A DNA stretch of 64,000 bases from Patescibacteria group bacterium. GTDB taxonomy: Bacteria; Patescibacteriota; Patescibacteriia; UBA1558; GWA2-36-10. The stretch is taken from contig JBAZSG010000005.1 of NCBI GenBank assembly GCA_041662585.1, positions 4,181 through 68,180 of the forward strand. The letters are read 5' to 3'. A model generated the notes under the pieces. The model did no database searches. It saw only the letters and a list, made by a program, of their open reading frames with translations, and was not told where the DNA came from. The stretch's first letter is position 1, and each line of letters begins with the position of its first letter. The position numbers were made by a program, and so were the translations under genes. Positions 12,179-21,972 of this stretch are shown here, in pieces.

Positions 12179-12763
12179 ATGCAAGAAATAATTATTAGTA
12201 ATATTTATTTGTTTATCTTAGCTACTGTTTTGGCTATTTTGGAGATTCAAATAGAAGGTAAAAATGGTTGGGCTATGGATCTTCCGACTTGGAGACCAAA
12301 AAAAATAAATTTGTTTATCAAAATTTATAAGAAATTGATGAGTGATAGAGAAGTGACTGGCTATCACATTACGATGTTTATTTTTGTGCTTTTAATATTG
12401 CATTTACCTTATGCTTTTGGTCAAGATTTAAACTTGATCAATTGGTTAATGACCATTTCTTTATTTTTTATTTTTATTATTTTGTGGGATTTTTTGTGGT
12501 TTGTTCTCAATCCTTATCATTCTTTGAAAAAATTTAATAAAGAACATATTTGGTGGCATAAAAAATGGTGGATAGGAGCACCTTTGGATTATTATTGGAG
12601 TGTTTTATTATCTTTTGTTATTTTATTACCAGCTATTTTTTATTATGATTTTTGGTTTTTGATATTTTGGTGGGTAATAAATATATGGCTATTTATAATG
12701 CAAACAGCTATGGTTATTTGGTTTAGTTTGGTAGTTTTAAAAATTGATAATTGGAAAAAATAA
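12179..12763 (+). CDS. Hypothetical multi-pass membrane protein
   Basis: Several hydrophobic Trp/Phe-rich segments; EIQIEGKNGWA, WDFLWFVLNP. Confidence 0.7.
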   Translation: MQEIIISNIYLFILATVLAILEIQIEGKNGWAMDLPTWRPKKINLFIKIYKKLMSDREVTGYHITMFIFVLLILHLPYAFGQDLNLINWLMTISLFFIFIILWDFLWFVLNPYHSLKKFNKEHIWWHKKWWIGAPLDYYWSVLLSFVILLPAIFYYDFWFLIFWWVINIWLFIMQTAMVIWFSLVVLKIDNWKK

Positions 12764-12805
12764 TCAATTTGCGAGATAAGCATAGATTAGTGTAAAATAC
12801 ATATA

Positions 12806-13096
12806 ATGGAACTAAATAAAGAACAATTGAGCCATTTGGCAGATTTGGCCAAATTGGAGCTCAAAGATGAGGAATTAGAATCTTACAAGAGAGAATTGCA
12901 AGATGTTTTGTCTTATGTAGCCAAAATCAATACTTTGGATCTTCAAAATGTCAAAGAAAGCCTGAGTGGTATAGATGATGCTGGTACTGCACCAAGGCCT
13001 GATAATGTAGAAAAATCTAATCCAAAAATAATAAATCAAGCTTGTCAAAAAGATGGTCAGTATGTAGCAGTTCCCAATGTTTTTAATAATAAATAA
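12806..13096 (+). CDS. gatC: Asp/Glu-tRNA amidotransferase subunit C
   Basis: HLADLAKLEL, RPD, VAVP; directly upstream of gatA. Confidence 0.88.
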   Translation: MELNKEQLSHLADLAKLELKDEELESYKRELQDVLSYVAKINTLDLQNVKESLSGIDDAGTAPRPDNVEKSNPKIINQACQKDGQYVAVPNVFNNK

Positions 13097-14526
13097 TGTC
13101 TATTGATTTAAAACAATTAAATATTGATGTCATACAAGAGGCTTTTAGGAGTAGCAAATTCACTAGTGAGGAACTCACTACAGCATATTTGGCTAATATA
13201 AAAAAAGATGACACCAATGCATTTATTAGTGTCAATAAAAATGCTTTGCTTGAAGCCAGAGCTGCCGATAAAAAAATAAAAGCTGGACAGGCTGGACCAC
13301 TGACTGGAGTCCCTATTGCTATTAAAGATATTATTTTGGTAGAAGGACAGCTTGCTACGGGGGGATCCAAAATTTTGGAAAACTATCAAGCTTCATATAC
13401 TGCTACGGCGGTAGCTAGACTCAAAGAGGCTGGTATGGTGATACTTGGTAAAACAAATTGTGATGAATTTGCCATGGGTTCTTCCAATGAAAATTCATAT
13501 TTTGGACCAGTACGCAATCCCTATGATAAAAGCAGAGTATCTGGTGGTTCATCAGGGGGTAGTGCAGCCGCTGTAGCTGCCAATTTGGCTCCATTGGCTT
13601 TGGGGACAGATACAGGTGGGTCTATTAGGCAACCAGCTTCATTTTGTGGCATAGTAGGTCTCAAGCCAAGTTATGGGCGAGTGTCTCGTTATGGATCTAT
13701 AGCCATGACTTCATCATTAGACCAAATTGGTCCAATGACCAATACCGTCAAAGACGCTGCTTATTTGCTTACTCAGATGGCTGGTTTTGATAAATATGAT
13801 GCTACTAGTTCGCAAACAAAAGTATTGGATTATATAAAAAATATAGATAAAGATGTCAAGAAAATAAGGATTGGTGTACCAGAGGAGTATTTTGCTAGGG
13901 GTATTGATGAAGAAGTAAAACAAGCTGTTGAAGATAAAATAGCCATTTTGAAAAAACAAGGTTTTGCAATCAAGTCAGTAAAATTGCCTTACACAGAATA
14001 TGCTTTAGCAGTTTATTATTTACTCATGCCAGCTGAAGTAAGCTCCAATCTAGCTCGTTATGATGGTCTTTTATATGGTATGGGTGTTGATAAAAATTTG
14101 AGTCTAGATGATTGGTACAAGACAGTGCGTAGTCAAGGTTTTGGAGCAGAGAGTAAGCGTCGGATAATACTTGGTACTTATATTTTATCAGCTGGTTATT
14201 ATGATGCTTATTATAAACAAGCTCAAAAATTACGCACCCTTATAAAAAATGATTTTTCTACAGTGTTCAAAGAAGTTGATGCTTTGATTACACCGGTTAC
14301 ACCAAGTACAGCTTTTAAGATAGGTGAAAAATCAAAAGATCCTTTGGCAATGTATCTGTCTGATATTTTTACCGTGGGGGCCAATATTGCTGGTATATGT
14401 GCCTTGTCTTTACCAATAGCCAAAGATAACCATAATATGCCAATTGCTATGCAAATTTTGGCTAAGCCTTTTGCCGAAGATATTTTATTTAAATTGGGAA
14501 ATTATATAGAAAAAACTAAAAAATAA
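13096..14526 (+). CDS. gatA: Asp/Glu-tRNA amidotransferase subunit A
   Basis: Amidase signature GKTNCDEFAMGSS, GGSSGGSAA, GTDTGGSIRQPA, RRIILGT. Confidence 0.97.
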   Translation: MSIDLKQLNIDVIQEAFRSSKFTSEELTTAYLANIKKDDTNAFISVNKNALLEARAADKKIKAGQAGPLTGVPIAIKDIILVEGQLATGGSKILENYQASYTATAVARLKEAGMVILGKTNCDEFAMGSSNENSYFGPVRNPYDKSRVSGGSSGGSAAAVAANLAPLALGTDTGGSIRQPASFCGIVGLKPSYGRVSRYGSIAMTSSLDQIGPMTNTVKDAAYLLTQMAGFDKYDATSSQTKVLDYIKNIDKDVKKIRIGVPEEYFARGIDEEVKQAVEDKIAILKKQGFAIKSVKLPYTEYALAVYYLLMPAEVSSNLARYDGLLYGMGVDKNLSLDDWYKTVRSQGFGAESKRRIILGTYILSAGYYDAYYKQAQKLRTLIKNDFSTVFKEVDALITPVTPSTAFKIGEKSKDPLAMYLSDIFTVGANIAGICALSLPIAKDNHNMPIAMQILAKPFAEDILFKLGNYIEKTKK

Positions 14527-14530
14527 ATAT

Positions 14531-15301
14531 ATGGGAGCAGAAAATAAAATCAAAGAAAGAGTCTCTGATGCTGTAGCCAAGAGTTATTATAAGCCTTGGT
14601 ATAAAAGAGTTTATGGACGAATATTATTGAGTATTTTAGCTCTGATAGTATTGTTATCTATTTATTTTGTTATTAGAGTGGCTATTGGTTATTATCATGC
14701 TCAAAAAGGAGAAGTATACAATTCAGAGCTTGATATTTGGTTGACCGAAGAACAGTATATAGAAAATCAAAAAATAGCTTCTAATATCATAACAGACGAT
14801 GATCCATGGCTAGGGTCTGAGAATCCAATAATTAATGTAGTGATTTACGAATCTTTTGCTTGTCCATTTTGTAAAGACGATCAGGAGACTCTTAAAAGAG
14901 TATTAGAAAAATTTGGTCCAGTACTTCGTTTTACAGTTAGAGATTATCCAACAGAAGGGCTTCACCCAGGCGTATTTGATGCTCATTTAGCAGCTGGCTG
15001 TGCCAACGAACAGGATGCATATTGGCCATATCATGATATTTTATTTGCCAATCAAGGTGATTTTAGTAAAAAAAATCTAAAATTATTAGCCAAAACTTTG
15101 GGTGTAGATATTACTCAGTTTGATAAGTGTTTAGATGATGAAATATATAGATTTGAAGTTCGACAGGATTATGCTAGTGGGATTGAATCTGGCGTAGAAG
15201 GTACTCCTACTTATATAGTAAATGGAAATTTGCTACCAGGTAGTATGTCTTATGAAATGTGGGAAGAAATCATAGGATTTATTTTGAAAGGGGAATTATA
15301 A
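14531..15301 (+). CDS. Membrane-anchored DsbA/thioredoxin-fold protein
   Basis: TM helix, FACPFC, GVEGTPT cis-Pro loop. Confidence 0.88.
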   Translation: MGAENKIKERVSDAVAKSYYKPWYKRVYGRILLSILALIVLLSIYFVIRVAIGYYHAQKGEVYNSELDIWLTEEQYIENQKIASNIITDDDPWLGSENPIINVVIYESFACPFCKDDQETLKRVLEKFGPVLRFTVRDYPTEGLHPGVFDAHLAAGCANEQDAYWPYHDILFANQGDFSKKNLKLLAKTLGVDITQFDKCLDDEIYRFEVRQDYASGIESGVEGTPTYIVNGNLLPGSMSYEMWEEIIGFILKGEL

Positions 15302-15304
15302 CCT

Positions 15305-16111
15305 ATGTTTTGGCAGGATTATTTGCCAAACCCAATATTTTTTTCTATCGGACCATTTATAGTGCATTGGTACGGATTGATTTTGGTTTTAGCTATTATA
15401 ATGGCCACTTGGCAAGCTAAAAAATATTTTATAAAAAAAAATATTTTGACAAGTTCTCAATTTGAAGACTTGTCTTTTTATATTATTATTTTTGGATTAC
15501 TGGGAGCTAGATTTGGACATATAGTATTTTTTAATTTTTTTTATTATTTACATAATCCAGTTGATATTTTTAAGGTTTGGCAAGGAGGTATGTCTATTCA
15601 CGGGGCATTATTTTTTGGTATTTTAACAGTATTTTTCTGGTCTCGTCGTCATAAAATAAATTTTTGGAAAATGGCCGATGGATTAGCTCTAGCAGTGCCA
15701 CTGGGACAGGCGATTGGTCGCTGGGGTAACTATTTCAATCAAGAATTATTTGGCAAGCCGACTAGTGCTTGGTGGGGCATTCCTATAGCGCCCATAAACA
15801 GAGTAAGTGGCTATGAAGATTTCAATTATTTTCAGCCGATCTTTTTTTATGAATCTTTAGCTTGTTTGATATTATTTATTATTTTGTATAAATTAATTTA
15901 TAATAATACTTTTAAAAAAGGTACTTTGACACTGTTTTATTTTATTGGCTATGCTTTTATTCGTTTGATGATAGAGTTTGTTCGTATTGATGAGACAGCT
16001 ATACTATTTGGTATGCGTATGGGTCAAATTATTAGTATAGTTATTATTTTATTGGCTTTAGCTTTTGTTTATCAGCTATACATGAAACCCTTGTCAAAAC
16101 AGCAAAAATAG
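15305..16111 (+). CDS. lgt: Prolipoprotein diacylglyceryl transferase
   Basis: HWYG, GARFGH, WQGGMSIHG, GRWGNYFNQELFG, FYES. Confidence 0.95.
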   Translation: MFWQDYLPNPIFFSIGPFIVHWYGLILVLAIIMATWQAKKYFIKKNILTSSQFEDLSFYIIIFGLLGARFGHIVFFNFFYYLHNPVDIFKVWQGGMSIHGALFFGILTVFFWSRRHKINFWKMADGLALAVPLGQAIGRWGNYFNQELFGKPTSAWWGIPIAPINRVSGYEDFNYFQPIFFYESLACLILFIILYKLIYNNTFKKGTLTLFYFIGYAFIRLMIEFVRIDETAILFGMRMGQIISIVIILLALAFVYQLYMKPLSKQQK

Positions 16112-16167
16112 GGTATTATATTTCTGTTTTAAATAATATGTAATTATGTCGTTCGAATAATCTTGAT

Positions 16168-16244
16168 GGGGTCGTAGTTCAGCTGGTTAGAACGTCTGCC
16201 TGTCACGCAGAAGGTCGAGGGTTCGAGTCCCTTCGATCCCGCCA
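16168..16244 (+). tRNA. tRNA-Asp (GTC)
   Basis: GGGGTCG...CGATCCC-G-CCA acceptor; anticodon loop CTGTCAC; GGTTCGAGTCC T-arm. Confidence 0.96.
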
Positions 16245-16367
16245 TGATTATTCGAATTTTTTGTTGATCAAATTTTGAGCTTATTATTCAATTTAGCCTA
16301 TTTTTATTGACAATTTTAAGCTATTGGGGTATGATTAATTGGCTTCTTAAGGAGTTTAGATGAGTTA

Positions 16368-16580
16368 TTGTCAATTATGCTAAGTACTATAAAAAAAATA
16401 AAAAAAAGCAAATTTGTTGCTGGAGAATCTAGATATTGTCAAAGCTGTGGAATAGAGTCCCATAAGTTATTTGAAGTTACTCATAATATTCAAAAAATAA
16501 ATCAACTGTACTATTGCTTGAAATGCAAAGAGACTTATAAAGCAAAAGATAAAGTTGTTTACAATAATAAAATAAATTAA
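16368..16580 (+). CDS. Small Zn-ribbon-like protein
   Basis: CQSC...CLKC pairs; probable ATG at 16377. Confidence 0.5.
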   Translation: MSIMLSTIKKIKKSKFVAGESRYCQSCGIESHKLFEVTHNIQKINQLYYCLKCKETYKAKDKVVYNNKIN

Positions 16581-16656
16581 TTTTAAAAAATAGCCTTTTT
16601 GTTTGAGCTATTTTTTTGGTATAATACTTAAAAATAAATAATAATTAAATTTTAAT

Positions 16657-19527
16657 ATGAAAAAAATAAATATTTTGGTTTTTAATATATTATTGCTATT
16701 TCTAGCCGTAATACTAATTAAAACGGTTCAAGCCGAACCAATTGGCTATGTTCATTCAGCCTTGATGTTTAATAGTGTTGCCAATAAAACAGTTGATGAA
16801 GGCAAACCACTTATTTTTACTATATCAGCTACAGCTGGGGCTAGCGAAGATATATATTTATCTTATTCGGCTACCAATCTACCAACTGGAGCTAATTTTT
16901 CTGACTCCACATTTTCTTGGATTCCAGGATATGATCAGGCTGGTACTTATAATGTCAATTTCTCAGTCAACGATGGAGTTGAAACCAAACAAAAAGTGCT
17001 TACTATAACGGTAAACAATGTAGATAGATCCAATCCTTGTGCTGGCAAAACAAATTGTATTGAAGTTGATAGTTGTAGAATCTTAGATCAAACTGGAGCC
17101 TACTATGTTTTAACACAGGATGTTAGTGCGGATAATAGCTGTTTTTATATAGACGCTGATAATATCGTTTTGGATCTCAATGGCTATACCATCACTTATG
17201 CCAATAACGGCAGTAATGTTGATTGTTATTATGAACCAGATGGTTGGGTATATGGAGCCAACGCTTGTCATTATGGTGTGTTTGTCAGTGATTATCCAAG
17301 TGAAAATCCTGATAGTCTTTCCAGTGATTGGAACAAGCACAGTGATAATACCGAGATTAAAAACGGTACAATCAGACAAGGTAATAGTAATACTCGATGG
17401 GGAGACGCTATTCATATCTATGGTAATCATAATAGCTATCATGACCTTAATATAGAAGTCAAAGGACCTGATAGTCGAGCTATATGGTCAAGAATGGCTC
17501 AAAACAATAATCAAGATGTGGATGTAGATGTATACAATAATATTGTTTATATGAACCTCATAGATATTACCAATAGATATACTGTACCAAGTGTTTTTTG
17601 GATTGGTAATGGTTCTAGGATTTATAACAATCATATTACCGGTAGAGGACAAGCTGGCATTAAAGTGGGAGATAATAGTCAGGTTCATGATAATTATATA
17701 AGTATGTGGGGTATTGCTCCCAATGCTTATGCTATTATTATGGGGTCATATTCAGAAATATATAATAATTATGTCAATCAATTAAATGGCCGAGCTACTG
17801 GTATGGGTTCTGATAATAATACAGAAGGGGGTCATCATATACAATTTTATAACAATCACTTTGAAGGACGAGAAGGTTGTGATGCCAATGCCACTGATAT
17901 AACTCACGTATTTAGAGTAAGATATGGTTCTCATGACAATGAGATACATGACAATGACATCATAGCTTATGGAGCTAAAGATTGTTATAAAAACGCAATT
18001 GCTTTGAGGGTTTCAGAAGATCCTGTATATTATGGAGGGAAAAATCATATTTATAATAATACTATTGCCGCTTTTACTAATTCAGACAATGACTCATATG
18101 TTGTGGCTTTTATGTTGGAAGGTGATGATGACAATAGAGAATATCCAAACGACTCAATTCATGATAATCGGATAATCAGTAATTCACAAAACATGGTATA
18201 TGGCGGTTCCAATGGTGGTCTTAGTGGCACTGTTTTGACATCAAATACATTTGTTAAGGCTGACAATACTGCTGATTATACCAATAGTGGTGCTTATTAT
18301 ACTTTGAATGTGGGTTTTTATGGTTATCCATCATATGATCAGGTTTTGTTAGATTCAAAATTTGAAAATGGAGCGTCTTATAGTCAAGTTATTTTTAATG
18401 GTTCGGATCCAGAGATGGTAGTCAAATGGTATTTAGATATTAAAGCATTGGGTGCCAATGCTTTGGCACTTCCAGGAGCAAATATTACTATTAAAGATGT
18501 ATTTGGTAATACTGTGAGTCAAGGTGGAGTGACAGATTCAAGTGGGCATTTTAAAAAAGATTTAACAGAATTTGTACAGGTATCTGGTACCAATAAAACC
18601 TATTATTCCCCATATACTGTTATTGTGAGTTATGCTGGAGAAACCAAAACAAGACAAGTTACTTTGAATGCGAGCAAAGAAGAATCTTTTTCTTTTGGAT
18701 CAGGAGTAATAGACAATCCACCAGCTGATAATAATCCACCAGCCGATGACTCATCAAATACTCCTTCATCTGGATCATCTACTACACCGACACCTGATAC
18801 AAATACTCCTTCATCTGGATCATCTACTACACCGACACCTGATACAAATACTCCTTCATCTGGAAATTCTACTACACCGACACCTGATACAAATACTCCT
18901 TCATCTGGAAATTCTACTACACCTATTTCCGAGACAAACAATAATAGTAACATAGGCAATGTTGCCATTGATACTCAGCTTACTAATAGATTAAAAGGTA
19001 GAATTCTTTTGCAAGTAGAATCGCTAGGAGAGGCTTGGTATGTCAAACCAAGTGATGGTCAGAGAGTTTATATGAAAGACGGTGATGCTGCTTACCAGAT
19101 AATGAGATTTTTAAGTTTGGGTATTACCAATGCCAACTTAAACAAAATACCAATTGGTATAGAAGATAGATTTGAAGAGTTTGATGCTGATGGTGATGGC
19201 TTATCAGATAAAATAGAAGAAGCGATTGGTTCAAATTTATTTAATAAAGATTCAGATGGTGACGGTTTTGATGACAAGTCTGAAGTGTTGAATAATTTTT
19301 CTCCAATTTCAAGCTCACGAGTAGCTTTATTAAGAGATAATTCTTTAATCAATAGATTAAAAGGTCAAATTCTTTTGCAAGTAGAATCCAGAGGAGAGGC
19401 TTGGTATGTAAATCCAGTTGACGGTAAAAGATATTATATGAAAGACGGTGACGCTGCTTACCAGATAATGAGATTTTTAAGTTTGGGTATTACCAATGCT
19501 GATTTGGCCAAAATTGCTCAAGATTAA
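16657..19527 (+). CDS. Large secreted/surface protein: Ig-like domain, parallel beta-helix, S/T/P linker, duplicated C-terminal domain flanking DxDGDG Ca-binding repeats
   Basis: Signal peptide; LPTGANF..FSWIPGYDQAG; Asn-rich IYNN.I repeats; two GRILLQVE.GEAWYV domains; DADGDGLSD. Confidence 0.8.
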   Translation: MKKINILVFNILLLFLAVILIKTVQAEPIGYVHSALMFNSVANKTVDEGKPLIFTISATAGASEDIYLSYSATNLPTGANFSDSTFSWIPGYDQAGTYNVNFSVNDGVETKQKVLTITVNNVDRSNPCAGKTNCIEVDSCRILDQTGAYYVLTQDVSADNSCFYIDADNIVLDLNGYTITYANNGSNVDCYYEPDGWVYGANACHYGVFVSDYPSENPDSLSSDWNKHSDNTEIKNGTIRQGNSNTRWGDAIHIYGNHNSYHDLNIEVKGPDSRAIWSRMAQNNNQDVDVDVYNNIVYMNLIDITNRYTVPSVFWIGNGSRIYNNHITGRGQAGIKVGDNSQVHDNYISMWGIAPNAYAIIMGSYSEIYNNYVNQLNGRATGMGSDNNTEGGHHIQFYNNHFEGREGCDANATDITHVFRVRYGSHDNEIHDNDIIAYGAKDCYKNAIALRVSEDPVYYGGKNHIYNNTIAAFTNSDNDSYVVAFMLEGDDDNREYPNDSIHDNRIISNSQNMVYGGSNGGLSGTVLTSNTFVKADNTADYTNSGAYYTLNVGFYGYPSYDQVLLDSKFENGASYSQVIFNGSDPEMVVKWYLDIKALGANALALPGANITIKDVFGNTVSQGGVTDSSGHFKKDLTEFVQVSGTNKTYYSPYTVIVSYAGETKTRQVTLNASKEESFSFGSGVIDNPPADNNPPADDSSNTPSSGSSTTPTPDTNTPSSGSSTTPTPDTNTPSSGNSTTPTPDTNTPSSGNSTTPISETNNNSNIGNVAIDTQLTNRLKGRILLQVESLGEAWYVKPSDGQRVYMKDGDAAYQIMRFLSLGITNANLNKIPIGIEDRFEEFDADGDGLSDKIEEAIGSNLFNKDSDGDGFDDKSEVLNNFSPISSSRVALLRDNSLINRLKGQILLQVESRGEAWYVNPVDGKRYYMKDGDAAYQIMRFLSLGITNADLAKIAQD
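18755..18923 (+). repeat. 45-bp in-frame tandem repeat, ~3.75 copies
   Basis: Units start at 18755, 18800, 18845 and 18890 and encode NTPSSG(S/N)STTPTPDT. Confidence 0.95.
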
Positions 19528-19549
19528 ATATTATTGATATCATATAGCT

Positions 19550-19582
19550 AATAATAAGACTATTATTAATAGTCTTATTATT
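19550..19582 (+). terminator. Inverted repeat/terminator
   Basis: AATAATAAGACTATTA-T-TAATAGTCTTATTATT perfect AT-rich stem. Confidence 0.6.
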
Positions 19583-19624
19583 TTAATTCTTTTTTAGAGT
19601 TATATATTGTGTTATAATGTGTAT

Positions 19625-20893
19625 ATGAATATAAATTGGAAAAAAAATGGCCCATATTTGATTATTTTAGCGGCTATATTATGGGCTTTGGATGGAGTAC
19701 TGCGTAGGTCTCTTTTTTCTTTACCACCAATAATCATAGTTTTTTATGAGCATTTAATTGGTTTAATTATTATATCGCCATGGTTGTTCAAAAATATAAA
19801 GAACTTAAGTTTTAGCAAAAAAGAATGGGGGGCTTTATTTTTGGTTAGTTTGTTAAGTGGAGTATTAGGAACTCTTTGGTTTACTACAGCGCTGGTTAAA
19901 GTAAATTTTATTTCTTTTTCAGTTGTGTTTTTATTGCAAAAATTACAGCCACTCTTTGCCATGATTTTTGCTATTATTTTTCTCAAAGAAAAAATAAATA
20001 AGCAGTATATTGCTTGGGCTATTTTGGCTTTGGGCGCGGCTTACTTTGTGACTTTCAAAAATGGTTTAGTGAGTTTTGCTACAGGAGATAAGACTTTGAT
20101 AGCTGCTTTATTTGCTTTGGGAGCGGCTTTTGCTTGGGGTTCATCCACTGCTTTTTCTCGTTTTGCATTACTTAGAAAATCCAATACAATTGTCACTGGT
20201 ATGAGATTTTTTATTACTTCCATACTAGCTTTAATAGCTGTATTTATTTTTGGACAAAGCTCAAGTTTGGGAGCTCCTACCGGAGATCAGTGGCTTCGTT
20301 TTTTGGTCATTGCTTTCAGTACTGGTTTGGTAGCTTTGTGGATTTATTATCGTGGCCTTAAAAATACTCAAGTCAAAGTGGCTACTATTTTAGAATTGAC
20401 CTTTCCATTTTTAGCAGTTTTTATTGATATTGTTTTGTATAAAAATGTATTAGCTCCTAGCCAATATATAGCTGCTTTAGTTTTACTTTTTGCTATGTAT
20501 CGTGTATCTAGATTAAATACTGCTTTTGATAAACTATATACTACCAATATAATTGGAGGAGCTGGTCGAGGGCAGAGGATTGGTTTCCCGACTCTCAATT
20601 TTATTATTCCAGATAATTTTGAACATGCTTATGGTATTTATTGTGGTTTTGTTATTATAGGTGACCATAAACATAAAACAGCTTTTCACTACGGACCAAT
20701 TCCAACTTTTAAAGATAAAAGAAAATCTTTGGAAGCTTATATTATTTCTGGGGAATATTTAAAAGATATCCCAGATAAAATTTCTTTTCGTTTTGTAGCC
20801 AAGCTTCGTGATATAGAAAATTTTTCAGTCAAAGATAAATTAGTAGAAAATATTAAGCAAGATATAATTCAAGCAAAAGAAATATTAAAATAA
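19625..20893 (+). CDS. EamA/DMT transporter fused to C-terminal riboflavin kinase domain
   Basis: About 10 TM EamA duplication; from ~20534 GAGRGQRIGFPTLN, GIY, GPIPTF, LEAYI, FVAKLRDIENF. Confidence 0.85.
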   Translation: MNINWKKNGPYLIILAAILWALDGVLRRSLFSLPPIIIVFYEHLIGLIIISPWLFKNIKNLSFSKKEWGALFLVSLLSGVLGTLWFTTALVKVNFISFSVVFLLQKLQPLFAMIFAIIFLKEKINKQYIAWAILALGAAYFVTFKNGLVSFATGDKTLIAALFALGAAFAWGSSTAFSRFALLRKSNTIVTGMRFFITSILALIAVFIFGQSSSLGAPTGDQWLRFLVIAFSTGLVALWIYYRGLKNTQVKVATILELTFPFLAVFIDIVLYKNVLAPSQYIAALVLLFAMYRVSRLNTAFDKLYTTNIIGGAGRGQRIGFPTLNFIIPDNFEHAYGIYCGFVIIGDHKHKTAFHYGPIPTFKDKRKSLEAYIISGEYLKDIPDKISFRFVAKLRDIENFSVKDKLVENIKQDIIQAKEILK

Positions 20894-20900
20894 AATAATT

Positions 20901-21293
20901 ATGCTTTCTACAAAACAAAAAAGACAATTGCTATTTTTATTATTGGCTGCTTTGTGGGGTTATCTTATTTTTTATTTATCCAATACTCCTGATTTAGCTA
21001 CTGACTTACCACATCAATATGATTTTATTTTACGTAAATTGGCTCATGTTTTTGTTTTTTTAATTTTGACCTATCTGGTAGCCTCTAGTTTAGATAGTCA
21101 GCAAAGACATTATTTACTTTTTGTGATTATTGCCGCTATTGTTTATGCTTTTACTGATGAGCTTCACCAGACATTTGTACATGGCAGAGTGGGTAGTGGA
21201 CGTGATATATTGGTAGATTCTATTGGGGTTTATTTTGGCATATGGTTATATAAAGTTTATCCACCCACTAAATTATTTAAATATCTAAAATAA
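20901..21293 (+). CDS. VanZ-family membrane protein
   Basis: RKLAH, YAFTDELHQTFV.GR...DILVD. Confidence 0.88.
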   Translation: MLSTKQKRQLLFLLLAALWGYLIFYLSNTPDLATDLPHQYDFILRKLAHVFVFLILTYLVASSLDSQQRHYLLFVIIAAIVYAFTDELHQTFVHGRVGSGRDILVDSIGVYFGIWLYKVYPPTKLFKYLK

Positions 21294-21386
21294 ATTTTTT
21301 TTAATCTCTTCTAAGCTTCTATTAATATGTGAAGCTTTTTTTGTAATAAAAAATCCCCCTGTTAAGGGGGATTTAGGGGGTTGAAT

Positions 21387-21734
21387 TTATTTTTTCATTT
21401 CGGCAACAATTTTTGCAAAAGCCTTTGGATCAGTTTCAGCAATTTGTGATAGCACTTTTCGATCTAATTCACATTTTTTAAGCGTCATGGCGTGAATAAA
21501 AGAAGAATATTTCCAGTCTAGTTGATGAAGAGCAGCATTGAGTTTGGTTTGCCACAATCTGCGGTTTACTCCTTTTTTGTCGCGTCTATCACGCATAGCA
21601 TGTGTACCGGCGTGTAGTATAGCTTCTTTAGCTTGTTTTATATTGTTTTTACGACCCCATCTGTATCCTTTGGTTTTAGCAAGGATATTTTTTCTTCTTT
21701 TGACATGGGTAGTGCCTCTTTTTACTCTTGGCAT
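21387..21734 (-). CDS. rplT: 50S ribosomal protein L20
   Basis: MPRVKRG, KGYRWGR, RRLW, LDRKVLS. Confidence 0.97.
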   Translation of the reverse strand: MPRVKRGTTHVKRRKNILAKTKGYRWGRKNNIKQAKEAILHAGTHAMRDRRDKKGVNRRLWQTKLNAALHQLDWKYSSFIHAMTLKKCELDRKVLSQIAETDPKAFAKIVAEMKK

Positions 21735-21760
21735 AATGTTATTGTAGGTTCTTTAGAAAT

Positions 21761-21955
21761 TTATAAATAAGGTAATAGTGTTTTAATTGTTTTGACATTG
21801 ACAGATGATATTTCTTTATCACGTTTTTTGTTTTTAGTAACCTTTGAAGATTCTCTAGAATTAAAATGATCTTGTCCACCTCTACGGATAAGCACTTTTT
21901 TCTTGGCAGTTATTTTTACTCTCTTTTTTACTAATTTTTTTGTCTTCAATTTCAT
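21761..21955 (-). CDS. rpmI: 50S ribosomal protein L35
   Basis: KLKTKK..KKRVKIT, LLPY; lies between infC and rplT. Confidence 0.92.
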   Translation of the reverse strand: MKLKTKKLVKKRVKITAKKKVLIRRGGQDHFNSRESSKVTKNKKRDKEISSVNVKTIKTLLPYL

Positions 21956-21972
21956 AGTATTGTTAAATGGAA

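Noticed and set aside
18755-18923. Regular repeats as a CRISPR array
   Set aside because: Contiguous 45-bp coding tandem with no unique spacers and no cas genes.
18985-19499. Near-identical repeat pair as a DGR template/variable repeat
   Set aside because: Both copies are in-frame domains of one protein, differences are not adenine-specific, and no reverse transcriptase is present in the window.
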